From Eledone cirrhosa (taxonomy: Eukaryota): a stretch of DNA of 64,000 nucleotides. The DNA is taken from assembly GCA_964016885.1 (NCBI GenBank), contig OZ024741.1, positions 332,134,001-332,198,000 of the forward strand. Direction: 5' to 3'. Numbering within the stretch: position 1 is the stretch's first letter; the number at the start of each line of letters is the position of its first letter. Both the position numbers and the translations under genes were made by a program. Shown here one piece after another: positions 27,130 to 41,026 of the stretch. The notes beneath the pieces are model-generated. The model did no database searches. It was not told the DNA's origin and saw nothing but the letters and a program-made list of their open reading frames with translations.

Positions 27130-28113
27130 ATTTCTATTTATTGCCACTAGGGTGCAAAAGAAGGGGACAAATACAAGGGGGGAGTTTACACAAAAAGGCA
27201 AGTAAAGAAAACATAACAAATTTAAAATTAACAATAAAGTCCTCAATAGGGAGGGGGCGTTTGGGGGGTCGCACACACACCCCCGAAAAAAGTGTGCAAC
27301 CCCTTCTCCTCAGGAGCACAGAGAGAGGGTGCTCCCTCGTTCCTTCCTTTTTTCCACCTACAGGCTGATATAGAGAGAAGGCCCATTCACACGGGCCATT
27401 CTCCCCACTTTCACCCACCTTTCATAAAAACGACTGGGGTTGAGCATCTCTCTCCATCCTGATCCTTCTTCCGAATGATATCGGAAGAAACGGATCAGTT
27501 GTTGGCCAGAGAGAAAGGTGCCTGACCTGAGTCCTTTCAGACACGTCCATCATACAACCTCTTTCACCATGGCACAGAAACACCGCCTCTCCTTCAATTT
27601 TGAAGGGGGGAGGCGGCTTAATCGTTACAATGGCCTCGGTTGTCAACCGGATCGGTCCCACCCTTGATAGCAGTCGTTCGACATAGCCCCACAGATCGGC
27701 TACGCCCGAGCAGTGTACCAATACGTGTGCAACGGTTTCCTCGTTGTGCACGCATCTGGGACAGATCTTTTTGGCGGGGTCCCTACCCGTGCGCCCGTGT
27801 CTGTAGAGCTTTTCTTGGGAAGTTGTCCATAGGTCCCGGGCTGAATGTCCTACCGAACAGGCTGGCCAGTTTGTCTTCCTCCATGTCTAGGGCTTCTCCG
27901 AGGGCGTCGTCGCACCTGCTGCGTACCAGCCCTCTATAGAATGTCGCGGTGGAGTCTCCACTGATAACCGGGTCCACCTGCCAGAGGGCTGTGAGCGCCT
28001 AGGCACACTCAGTGTGCCAGGCGCCCAGTTTTCTCGGTCTTTGCTTGACCCAAGATTGCAGATCGGTGAGTGAGATGAGTCTGGGAAAGGTTCGTCTCAT
28101 AAACGGGGCCCAC
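27130..28113 (-). mobile_element. L1/Tx1-clade LINE 3' fragment with 12-bp TSD
   Basis: C..C...EETVAHVLVHC..LW CCHC finger (~27660-27765); TSD ACAAATATATAG at 27118-27129 and 28114-28125; aataaa at the 3' end. Confidence 0.8.
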
Positions 28114-28184
28114 ACAAATATATAGCTGATCTCTCAGACTTTCACGAAACACTGAGGAGATACAGTTAATATAACAAGTGGGAA

Positions 28185-28233
<49 letters not shown>

Positions 28234-28594
28234 TATAGCATGGTGTTATGTGGTCTGGTGTGGTACAACATGGTGTGATGTGGTGTGATATGATATGGTG
28301 AGGCAGGGAGGGGGGAGACAACGTTAGATTAATGTTAACAATACACATGTAGCATCCACATGTGATGAGAAGGGGGAAACAGTGTTTAACTAATTTTAAC
28401 ATTACATGTAGCATCCATCTACAGGTGATTAAGTTAAGACTGAGGTGTAATCATATGAAAAGGTCAATTTAAAACTACACTGAGATTCTGCTTAAAATGA
28501 TGGTCAATGAAGTGTTTACTTACTCAGATCCTTTGAAATAACTTTCTCTTACTGTAACTGGACATACCTACGAAATAGAAAACAGTCGAATAGA

Positions 28595-28960
28595 CAGTGG
28601 TGTGGTGTGGTGTAGTGTAGTGTGGTTTAGTGTAGTGGAGTGTGGTTTAGTGTAGTGGACAGTGGTGTGGTGTAGTGGAGTGTGGTTCAATGTAGGGTGG
28701 GGGATATTGTGTAGTGGAGTGTGGTGGGATGTAGTGTGGCATGTGGTGTGATGGCATGTGATGTGGCGTGGCGTGATGTGATGTGATGAAATGTGGCGTG
28801 GCGTGGTGAAATGTAATGTTATGTGATGAAATGTGGCGTGGCGTGGTGAAATGAGGTGTGGCGTGGTGAAATGAGGCGAGGCGAGGCGAGACGAGACGTG
28901 ATGTGATATGGTGTGATGTGGTGAGATATGGTGTGATGTGCTGTGGTGTGATGTGATGTG
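28595..28960. repeat. (TGTGG/TGTGA/TGTAG)n pentamer array
   Basis: 5-bp periodicity; similar tracts at 22200-22430, 26355-26570, 28230-28300, 30100-30410. Confidence 0.9.
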
Positions 28961-29374
28961 AAATTTTTTCATCCTATTTTTCATGTGCTATCAACTAATC
29001 CAATCTCCAAGATGCTTGAAACTGACTTTCTCCCCCCAGGAAAACGGCGGGGTGAGGTGGTTCCCCTTTCACCCGGATAACCCCTGCTTACTCGGAATTT
29101 TCTCTTTGATTCTATTTTCATGCATTATCAGTGAATATGACTTCCAAACCAGTCAAAAACAACTAGCTTTGGAGAAAGAGGAGGGAGAGGGGAAGAGTTT
29201 TGCAGATCTACACCTCACTCACATGTTGTGGGACTTAATCATTTTCGGTATATTTCCTGTGCTATTAATTTCCTATGCTATTTCCTATGCTATTTCCTAT
29301 GCTATTTCCTGTGCTATTTCCTGTGCTATTAATTAATCTGACCTCCTAGATGCTTCCAACCAACTTATTTCCCT

Positions 29375-29750
29375 GGGTTAGGTTTAGGGTAATGTTTAGG
29401 GTTTAGTTTTAGGGTTGGGGTAGTTTTTAGGGTCTAGCTTTAGGGTTGGGGTAAGTTTAGGGTTTAGTTTTAGGTTTGGGGTAAAGTTTAGGGTTTAGTT
29501 TTAGGTTTGGGGTAATGTTTAGGGTCTAGTTTTAGGGTAAAGTTTAGGGTTTAATTTTAGGTTTGGGGTAATGTTTAGGGTCTAGTTTTAGGGTTGGGGT
29601 AATGTTTAGGGTTTTGTTTTATGGTTGGGGTATAGTTTAGGGTTTAGTTTAAGGGTTGGGGTAATGTTTATATTTAGATTTAGCTTGGTTTGGTTTAGAT
29701 TTAGAGTTTAGGGTTGGGGCTAGATTTAATTTTATGTTTAATTTAGTTTT
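29375..29750 (+). repeat. Degenerate telomere-like (TTAGGG/TTTAGGG) interstitial array with ~25-bp superperiod
   Basis: tttagggtttagttttagggttggggtaatg repeats. Confidence 0.8.
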
Positions 29751-30600
29751 AGTTTCCAAATCCCAGAAAAAAAAATTGATTCAGAGCAACTAAAAGGTCA
29801 GATTAGATGATAGCACTCAAAAGGAGACCGAAGAAAAATCATTTGGGTATATATCTACAAAACGACAATGGTTTTTCCACCTGCTTTACTCCTCCTTTTT
29901 CCTAGAACAACTAATCATTTCCAACTGGTTTGGAGGTCATATTTGTTGATAACATACGAAAAATCTTAGAGAAAACTCTGGGGTTAAATGAGAGAAGTGC
30001 ATCCACCTAAGTTTTCCATGAAGAGAGAGTCAATAACAAACATCTTGGAGTTCGGATTAGTTGATAACGCATGAAAAACAGATGAGGAAAAAATTTTGGG
30101 TGTATGTGGTGTGAAGTAGTGTTTTTTTTTTTTTTTTTTGTGGTGTAATGTAGTGAGGTGTGTTTTTATGTGGTGTGATGTAGTGAGGTGAGGTGTGGTG
30201 TGTTGTGTTGTGTTGTGGTGTTATGTGGTCTGGAGTAGTGTGGTGTGTTGTAGTGAGGAGTGGTGTGTTGTGTTGTAGTGAGGAGTGGTGTGTTGTGTTG
30301 TGGTGTTATGTGGTGTGGTGTAGTTTTGTATGTTTTTATGTGGTGTGGTGAAGTGTGGGGTGATGTGGTGTTGTGCACTGCGATGTGGTGTGGTGCGGTG
30401 CAGTGAGGTTCTTCATCTTTATCTTTCTCTTCTTCATCTTTGTATTCATCTTCTTTGTTTTGTCTTCCATCTAAAAAAAAAAAAATTATATATAAAACAT
30501 ATATGTAGCCAATCTCTAAGACTTTTACAAAGCTCCAGGGAGATAAATTTAATATAAGTGGTGTGTTTCTGAACAGAGATACTACAAAATAGCTTAAAAG

Positions 30601-30653
<53 letters not shown>

Positions 30654-31193
30654 CATTTATATATAAATAAATATACACGGGTGTGTATGATTGTGTATAG
30701 AAGATTATATTAATAAAAGGAATTCCAACTTTGTCTGATTTACTCGTTTTATTTACAATCCTTTAAAATTATAATGGTATTAGAATGAAATAGCATGGTA
30801 GAATATTAAGTGTTAATTGAACAAGTAATTTCATGCTTTCGCAATCTTCAGGTTCATATTCTGTGGTGACAGTCAAGTTTACAATTTTCAACTGTAATGA
30901 GATGGGTAAATTTTGTGCCTTAGTGAAAGCGGCTACAGAATGCTATATTTTGCAAACTGTAATTCGACCAATCGGTGTGTAGTTTCACTGGATTACTGAA
31001 GCTGATTGGTTTAGGCATCACGGTTGGTTGGGCATGTCTAACGACTTCTATTTGGCCCTATTCAAAGCATCAATTGTTTTGCTATTTTTAGAAATGATGA
31101 AAATAGCATTTTCTAGGGTTTTTATACCCCTAAGAATTATTATTGTTCATTTAGCTTGGGTTGGAATTTTGAAACATATTCCCAAATGCAAAT

Positions 31194-31484
31194 ATGAAGT
31201 GCAAAAGCAGAAATCTAATTTACTGCATTAAATGCCCAAATTGTGAAGAACTATATGTCGGTCAAACTGGAAATGCACCATCGGAACGTGCACGGGTGCA
31301 CCGACAGCAAATCAGAGACCCAAATGTCCATGAGATACCCCTGAGTAACCATCTAGCAATATGTGGTCAGAATATGTTTATAATATTTCCATTCTACAAA
31401 TTACACAGGCCAAGTGAAATCAAGAGAAAAATCAAAGAAAAGAATTTTATTGATAAATTCCAACCAAAGCTAAATGAACAATAA
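31194..31484 (+). pseudogene. GIY-YIG endonuclease domain of a Penelope-like element
   Basis: CKSRNLIYCIKCPNCEELYVGQT..ER.RVHRQQI..H..E..I.KF.PKLN; CCHH pattern of PLE endonucleases. Confidence 0.88.
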
Positions 31485-31774
31485 TAATTCTTAGGTGTAT
31501 AAAAAGCCTAGAAAATGCTATTTACATCATTTCTAAAAATAGCAAAACAATTGATGCTTTGGATAGAGCCAAATAGAAGTCGTTAGACATGCTCAACCAA
31601 CCATGATGCCTAAACCAATCAGCTTCAGTAATCCAGTGAAACTACACACCAATTGGTCGAAATACAGTTTGCAAAATATAGCATTCTGTAGCCGCTTTTC
31701 ATTGTATATAAGGCACAACATTTACCGATCTCATTACAGTTGAAAATTGCAAACTTGATTGTCACCACATAATA

Positions 31775-31813
31775 TGAACCTGAAGATTGCGAAAGCATGA
31801 AAGTACTTGTTCA
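31775..31813 (+). ncRNA. Type I hammerhead motif with stem II reduced to 4 nt (mirror copy 30818-30856, minus)
   Basis: UGAAC CUGAAGA UUGC GAAA GCAU GAAA GUAC UU/GUUCA. Confidence 0.65.
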
Positions 31814-32384
31814 ATTAACATTTAACACTTAATATTCTACCATACTATTCAGATTACATCCATAAAATTCAGATTACATCTATATATATACACATACATA
31901 TATATATACATTCATATATACACTTCTACAAAATAATGTAAAAATACCATTTTCTTCTTGTCTCTCCACCCTTCGGTTCATTCATCCATATATCTGTATA
32001 ATCGCCCAAAATCCAATCCTACTTTCTCAATGCTATTCTATAATTCTGTCTGGATGTTCTAAATAATCTTGTGTATTTTAAAATCCCAGTATATCGCTTG
32101 TTACTGTTATATGCTTTATTTAAAACCTTCTCCTCGCTAACTACCCCATACCGCTCCCTCCCGCCCCCACTCTCCACCATTATTATTTGGACCAATCATA
32201 AGTCAGCGGCCTATGCTATCACTTCTGGTTGCTTTTCGATATGATGGATAGACTAAGGAATTCTGGAGAGTCTGAAGAATCTGGACACTCAGAGACAATG
32301 CCAAAGATAACGACAAATTCACCTCATGCTGCCGGACGAAAGGGCAAGGACTCCTCCTCTATGTTTCGGCCGCGGATGGCCAAC

Positions 32385-35300
32385 ATAAAGTGAACGACAG
32401 AATAATTAAAATAAGACTTGTTCTAAATAGAACTACTGTGACAGTAATATCTGCGTACGCACCCCAATCCGGACTGCCTGGTGCTATAAAAGACAGATTC
32501 TATGAGACACTGATGCTCACTACCTCCCAAATAACCGACAGTGACTATATAATTATTGCTGGTGACCTAAATGGTCACGTTGGACAACATTGTGACGGCT
32601 ATGACGGAATCCACGGAGGCTATGGGTTTGGTACTAGAAATGAGGAAGGCTCCAGAACCCTGGAATTCTGTGACGCAAATAACCTAACTATCTGTAACAC
32701 TAACTTCAAAAAACGAGACAATCACTTGAGCACCTACAGATCAGGGGAACATACCAGCCAGGTAGATTATATCCTTACCAGCAGACGTGACAGAGTATCT
32801 GTTGTAAACACTAAATCCCTCCCCCATGAAGAATGCACCTCTCAACATAGACTCATAATTAACGACCTCATAGTCAGGATGAGACGTACTCGACAACAGA
32901 AGGGGACTATCCTCAGGAAAAAAATATGGAAGCTAAAGGACCCCACAGCCAGTAATAAATTTAAAAGCATATTACTTGATGCTTTCGACAGTAAGGAAGA
33001 GCAGTTAGAGTCGTACAATATAGAGGAACAGTGGGAATTCCTGAAACCAAACCTGCTGATGGCGACAGATGAAGTCTGCGGCTGGAGCAGGCCTATAGGC
33101 AGGAGGAGAGTAACATGGTGGTGGAACAGTAAGGTGGAGGAGTCAATTAAGGCCAAAAAGCAGGCTTGGAAAGTATGGTGGGATGGGGGAAGTAGAGAAA
33201 CTATCAAGTGGCCAGGAGGGAAGCTAGGAGACAAGTGTACTTCGCAAGAAGGGAAGCAGAGGAAAGAAAGTTCAAGCATGTTCTACAACGCGAGGACCAA
33301 AAACGTGAAGTGTTCAGGATTGCTAGGCAATGTGTCAAGGAAAACCGTGATATTGTCGTGGAGAAGTGTATCCTTAATGATGATGGTGTACTTGCCATCA
33401 CTGACGCTGATAAGTAGGTAGCTTGGAAGTGTCACTACGAAAGGCTACTAAATGAGAATAAATGGGAGAAAGACAGTCTCCCTCACATCAATCCAATAGA
33501 GGGACCAGCAGTGCTAGTTGAAGGTAGTATAATAAGTAAGGCAATCAAAGATGTGAAGACGGGTAAGGCAGCTGGGCCTTCGGAAATAGTTGCTGAAATG
33601 CTGAAAGCATCTGGAACGGTGGGACACACTATGGTCACCCGGATAGTAAACCAAGTCATACAGAATGGGGTTGTTCCGAAGGACTGGCGTAGCAGCATCA
33701 TCATTAACTGCTACAAGGGTAAAGGAGATGCCCTAGATATGGGTAACTATAGAGGCATTAAATTAATCGACCAGGTCATGAAGGTCACAGAAAAAGTAAT
33801 AGCGCAACTAATCAGAGAGCGAATTGATCTAGATGAAATGCAGTTCGGGTTTGTGCCAGGTAAAAGTACCACAGACACTCTTTTCATTGTACGTCAACTA
33901 CAGGAGAAGTACCTAGCTAAAAATAAACCCCTATACTTAGCTTTTGTCGACTTGGAGAAAGCCTTTGGCAGAGTCCCCCGTTACATTATCTGGTGGGCTC
34001 TTAGAAAACTAGGTGTTGATGAATGGCTTGTGAGAGCTATACAAGCCATGTATAAAGAAACAGTCAGCAAGGTTAGAATTAACAATGAATATAGTGAAGA
34101 GTTTAGCGTAAAAGTTGGTGTTCATCAGGGCTCCGTTCTTAGCCCCCTACTATTTATTATTGCCCTTCAGGCTATAACAGTAGAGTTGAAGACCGGCTGC
34201 CCATGGGAACTCCTATACGCAGATAATCTAACGCTCATAGCTGAATCAATGGCTGAACTAGAGAAGAAATTCCAAACATGAAAGCATGGCATAGAATCAA
34301 AAGGCCTTAAAATTAACCTGCCTAAGACTGTCTAGTTTGTAGGAAGGAAAATAGGGCACCGGTCCAATACGGGAAATGGCCATGCTCAGTGTGTAGGAAA
34401 GGAGTAGGCAGAAACTCCATTTTATGTCCCCAATGCAAAGTATGGGTGCATAAAAGATGTAGTGGTATCACAGGTAAGCTAACTAAGAATATAGATTTTA
34501 TATGTGGCCGGTGCTCTGGTGCAATAAGTAGCAGCAAGTGCCCACAGAATACTAGCTCATTTCATTGCACAGATGGTTCTATAGTAATAGTGGACACCTT
34601 CCTTTACCTGGGTGACAAAATCAGCAGTGGTGGAGGATGCTTTGAAAGTACAGTAGCTAGAGTCAGAACTGGATGGAAAAAGTTCAGAGAGCTTATACCA
34701 CTATTAGCCGCTAAAGGGTTCTCTCTAAAAATGAAAGGCAGGCTTTATGATGCCTGCATACGAACAACAATGTTACATGGCAGTGAGACCTGGGCATTGT
34801 GTGCAGAGGATATACGCAGACTAGAGAGGAACGAAGCTTGCATGCTCCGCTGGATGTGTAATAGTAATATACGTGAACGGCAAAGCATAAACGAACTAAG
34901 GGAAACATTAGAAATAAGAGGGATCAGATGCTGTTTACTCGAGAGAAGACTACGTTGGTACGGTCACGTGATGCGCATGAAAGACGACAGCTGTATAAAA
35001 AAGTACAGGGCGATAAAAATAGACGGTCGCCACGGAGTAGGCAGACCCAGAAAAACCTGGGACGACTTGATAAATTCCGACTTCACACACTTACACCTCT
35101 CCAAGACAATGTCACTGGACCGAGATCTTTGGCGCTACACAGTCATAGAGAAGACCCGCCTTACCTAAAGTACAAAGTGAAGTACAAAGTGAAACCTACC
35201 ACAGTGAGTAGGCACCTCTAACAAAATACACCCCGTCCCACTACCCCCACCCGATCCACACCACCCTTGTCAATGTAAAGTTATGTTGGTACCACAACAT

Positions 35301-35557
35301 CCAGCCCGAAACAAATGAGGTCGTGTAGGTGTCACGACAAAAAAACACACAGACCACGCTGTAATGTGGCCGTGTAGGTAACACGGTAAAAACCTATCAG
35401 TCCACACTGTAAACGTGGTTGGTGTTACGAAGGGCATCCAGCCATAGAAAACCCGCCAGACAGTCCTATGCGAGCAAGACAACCAATCTTGCCTCAAGTG
35501 GGAAAACTCCCGTCCAAACCCATGCAAGCGTGGAAGATGGACGTTAAACGATGATGA
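32385..35557 (+). mobile_element. RTE LINE with APE endonuclease and RT, disabled
   Basis: APE motifs ISAYAPQ, AGDLNGHVG, QVDYIL, SQHRL (32390-32870); RT closely similar to 2277-3818 but with YADN, stops at ~33415 and 34279 and frameshifts at ~33203 and ~34321; (GAT) tail. Confidence 0.93.
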
Positions 35558-35719
35558 TATACATACATACACACATATACACATATACATGCATATATAT
35601 ACACATATACATATATATACATGCATATATATATATATATATATATACAATATGTATAGGATTCCTTTCCCTTTGAGCACATAATTTACAGGGAATAACG
35701 CGACTCTATGGCTCTATCT

Positions 35720-36215
35720 TCATATATATACATACACACATATATATACATACACACACACACATATGCATACACACACACATATATACATACACACGCA
35801 CATATATATAGAGATATACATACATATATATAGATTCATACATACACACATATGCATACACAGACATATATACACACACACACACATATATATAGATATA
35901 CATACATATATATACATATATATAGATTCATACATACACACACACATATATAGATATACATACATATATATACATATATATAGATTCATACATAGATACA
36001 CACACACATATATAGATTCATACATACATACACATATATAGATTCATACATACATACACACATATATAGATTCATACATACATACACACACATATATATA
36101 TAGATTCATACATACATACACACACACACATATATAGATTCATACATACATACACACACACACATATAGATTCATACATACATACATACACACACATATA
36201 TATATATATATATAT
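35720..36215. repeat. (CA/TA)-derived minisatellite with tagattcatacatac motif
   Basis: Repeated atatagattcatacatacatacacac units. Confidence 0.85.
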
Positions 36216-36220
36216 AAATA

Positions 36221-36553
36221 TATACGATATTAATAAATGGAAACTATATTTATAAAACCATATTTATTTCATTATACATATTTCAGGGATACCAAATTAA
36301 ATTATGGTATGCCTTCATCAGACAAAATACAATATTAACAGTTTTACAGATAAGCTTTGACGTACCCTTTTGGATGGCCTCCAAAAATAATGGTCGCATT
36401 TTAAAAGGGTACGTCAAAGCTTATTTGTAAAACTGTTATATATTGTATTTTGTCTGATGAAGGCATACCATAATTTAATTTGGTATCCCTGAAATATGTA
36501 TAATGAAATAAATATGGTTTTATAAATATAGTTTCCATTTATTAATATCGTAT
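36221..36553. mobile_element. PLE-type fold-back, ~150-bp arms and ~31-nt spacer
   Basis: 36221-36370 inverted at 36402-36553; tail continues to ~36641; same family at 50805-51040 (minus) and 37230-37320. Confidence 0.8.
36446..36510 (+). ncRNA. Type I hammerhead ribozyme (mirror 36265-36329; relative 50935-51000, both minus)
   Basis: UAUUUUGU CUGAUGA AGG-C-AUACCA..UGGUAU-C-CCU GAAA UAUGUA UA/AUGAAAUA; 8-bp stem I with two GU pairs. Confidence 0.75.
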
Positions 36554-36638
36554 ATCTACTCCAAATACTTGTCGAGTGCTTTATATCAGTTATAAAAATA
36601 TTTACTTGTTGTATCCCAACAATTTTAAATAGAACTTT

Positions 36639-36680
<42 letters not shown>

Positions 36681-37545
36681 ACTTGACGAGGAGCATTCTA
36701 GTTGTTCAATAAACTGATTGAATAATACAAACGATGTTTTAATATCCAGATTCATTATTTGTGTATATATATATACAAAGCTTATAAATAAATTTACAGT
36801 AGAATAACATAGCAAATATGTTTTAAATATATACATAAATAACATTACAAATGTTTAAATAACATTATAAATTGCTCGCGATTCTTTCAGAAGGATATAT
36901 TCCTTTAATGTTGCAATATTAAAGAAAATATACGTATATATATATATACATACATATATTTATTCAACTAAGGAAAGCTGGTTGATTGAAAATCTGCCGA
37001 CTATTTCATAAGAGATGACAAACACTCAACAGTTTATGTTTATCCGGAGTTTTATTATAATAATTGTTTCTACTTTGGCACAAGGCCAGCAAATACCCAG
37101 TGTATTACTGGTACTTACAATGTAAATTTTCAAATGTATTACAGAGCCGAGATACAAAATATAAAACAATAAAATCTTAGTTTAATACCATTGCTGATAA
37201 ATTTTTTTTTACATACATATATATATATACAATATATTAATAAATGGAAACTATATTTATAAAACCATATTTATTTTATATATATTTTAAGGGCCACCGC
37301 TTTCATCAGATAAAATACATATATATATATATATACATACACACATATATATATGTATGTATGAAACTTAATTATTCGTGTAATGCGACTCTGTAACGTT
37401 TTTAATAATTATTTGATATTACTTACCTTCTTATCTTTTGCTTTCATTGTTTCTAATTTTCCCCTGCGTTTGTTGACATTGCGAGAAAAATGGCGCCAAA
37501 CTTTTCCCTTTGAAAGAATAATGTGATAGTGTTCACGTGATATAT

Positions 37546-37723
37546 AGCTGTCAGTCGTGAAAGCAGCCGATGAAAGCAGGCGAAGGTGACGTCATTCGTC
37601 ATCGTTTATTTCCGTATTACTACCACCAAGTAACTCCACTTACGCGTGGTAGTAATACGGAAATAAACGATGTTTTGCTTTCATCGGCTGCTTTCGACTG
37701 ACAGCTCATAGCGTTGTAGTGCC
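37546..37723. repeat. Right Merlin TIR (37630-37723) preceded by an inverted TIR copy (37546-37627)
   Basis: Both match 8866-8978 and form a local hairpin. Confidence 0.85.
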
Positions 37724-37917
37724 AAAACAAGTAACATTCAGAGACCAACCAGATGTGAGAAAAACCACAGACCCTCCATCTCAACTCTACTTTTGAAAAG
37801 CAGAAGAACTGCGAAACCGGTAAAGGAACCAAATAAATATATATATTTTTTTTTAAATAAGTCTCCAGTTGCATTTTCGATTTCATCTTTTTTTCTTTAT
37901 ATATATATATATATACA

Positions 37918-37983
<66 letters not shown>

Positions 37984-38070
37984 GGAAAATTTGAACAGGA
38001 ACAAAACAGAGAGGCAGTACAACGAATGTTTATTAATTTCACGCTCTGGAGAGTGGGGTGGTGGTGGGGA

Positions 38071-38102
38071 ACGACGTTTCGGGCATAAGCCCTTCCTCAG
38101 GT
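38071..38102 (-). ncRNA. Minimal PLE-type hammerhead motif
   Basis: AC CUGAGGA A GGGC UUAU GCCC GAAA CG UC/GU, followed by aataaa and (TA)n; stem I only 2 bp. Confidence 0.55.
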
Positions 38103-38378
38103 GAGAAGTGTGTGGGAAGAGAGTTCAAAGGGTGTGTAGGGGAGTGGTGGAGAGACATATAGCAAAAAGGGGGTGGGAGGAAACAGTGCGAATTAAATTA
38201 AAAATAAAAATAAGCATGATCATATATATATATATATATTAGGTATAGGATTATCCTAGATGTAGTAATGGTTAATTACTACACTGGATATGGTTGACGT
38301 ACGGTGAGAGGTTACTCTACGAGTTATGGAAGAATTGTTGAAGAAACTTAGTTCCTGATCCTTCTGTATTCCGGAGTG

Positions 38379-38637
38379 TATATAAAGAAGGAATAACAAC
38401 AGGTAGACATCATAAAAAGGTAATTTATTCCGTGTGCTTACAAATGTTTTCACGGTGGAAACAAAATTCTGCTCTGAGGATACAGTGGTCACAGCATTGG
38501 ATATTTGAGTTCTGCAAATAGTTGTAAATTTGCACATAGCATAACTAGGCTGTAGTACCACCGTGGAAACATTTGTAAGCACACGGAATAAATTACCTTT
38601 TTATGATGTCTACCTGTTATTATTCATTCTTTATATA
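38379..38637 (+). ncRNA. Fold-back carrying a type I hammerhead with extended stem II (motif 38470-38581)
   Basis: UGCU CUGAGGA UACAGUGGU...ACCACCGUG GAAA CAUUUG UA/AGCA; 38379-38458 is an inverted copy of 38558-38637. Confidence 0.7.
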
Positions 38638-38677
38638 TATGTATATATATATATATATATATACATATATGTATATA

Positions 38678-38734
<57 letters not shown>

Positions 38735-39455
38735 TTCTCTCTTTGTCTCTTTCTCCCTCTATATACATATACATGCACACTCTCACACACACACACATAC
38801 ATATACACACACATATATATATATATATGTATATATAATATATATATATGTATATACATATATATATATTTATATACATATATATATATATACACATATA
38901 TATATATATATATATACATTTCTTATACACGTGGTTAATACCTAACAGGTTTAAATGACCAGCGTGTATATTGTTTTATTTTAAGATGACCTCCCTTTAC
39001 CCTTTTGGGGACAACGTGTATTTATCTTTGGGAGGACTGCTGGATTTTCTAATCTACCAGTCTCTCCTTAGCGCTGAGGGAGACCATCACCATTCTATTA
39101 ATGTTGATATAATTCTTATATCGATATTATTTGGGCATCCACTGATTAGTTTATAAGAGCCCGCTTATGTATAAAACTATGGATTATATACAAGTTTCTA
39201 CATAACCTGGAAATTATTTATCCTAAATTGTAGAAATCTTATAACGAAACGGCCGTCTGGAAGGAAAGAGATATTTATTTAAGAATGTCTCATATAAAAT
39301 AATACAACCAGCTATCCACAAAATACTGATTAGTTAGCACCCCAAATACTAAATTGGGATAATACTTAAGTATATCCTAATGCTTGTTGAGTGAGATGAA
39401 GTTGGTCGGAGTATCGCTTAAGGCTTTCTCTGTTTATGTATTGTATATATACATA

Positions 39456-40508
<1,053 letters not shown>

Positions 40509-41026
40509 TATATATATATATTGTTATACTTTGGGAGGGTCATGTTGCCAATAAGAAACACACGCACCAGTTGCTTTCACTTCAATTTAATTTATTAAAT
40601 ATTTATAAATTTACAAATTTATAAATTTCTGGTTGGTTGGTTGGTTCCACAACCAGATAGTTGTTTATATATATATAGTCATAGTTCTTTCGTCACACAC
40701 TCTGTGACCTCTTCAGTGACTGGGGATTTCTTTCTTCGTTTCTGTGCCTTTCCTTTCTTCTATCCTACGCCATTTTGTTTGTGTGTGGGTTGCGTGCTCA
40801 GTTTGCGCATGCGCCACATCCGGGTGTCTGTGTGTGTTTGTGTTCATTTTTCTATTTTTCTATTTATATTTTTCTATTTGTTTGTTTATTTATTTATTTA
40901 TTGTTGGTTGGTTGTTTGTTCTATGTGTGTGTGTGTTTTCATTTTGTCTTGTGTGTGTTTTCATTTTGTGTGTGTTTTCAATTGTAAGTTGTTTGTTCTA
41001 TGTGTGTGTGTGTTTTCATTTTGTCC

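Larger units (their letters stand above)
30789..31849 (+). mobile_element. 5'-truncated PLE: inverted pLTR (30789-31169), GIY-YIG end, pLTR (31455-31849)
   Basis: ~385-bp inverted arms surround a GIY-YIG fragment; hammerhead motif in both arms. Confidence 0.88.
8866..37723. mobile_element. Giant/compound Merlin-type DNA transposon bounded by TIRs and an 8-bp TSD
   Basis: Left end GGCACTACAATGCTATTAGCTATCAGT, right end (rc) GGCACTACAACGCTATGAGCTGTCAGT (24/27 match; similarity continues ~100 bp); AAAACAAG at 8858-8865 and 37724-37731; Merlin transposase just inside the left end. Confidence 0.8.

Noticed and set aside
29375-29750. True telomere or fusion site
   Set aside because: Short, degenerate, single orientation and embedded in a repeat module
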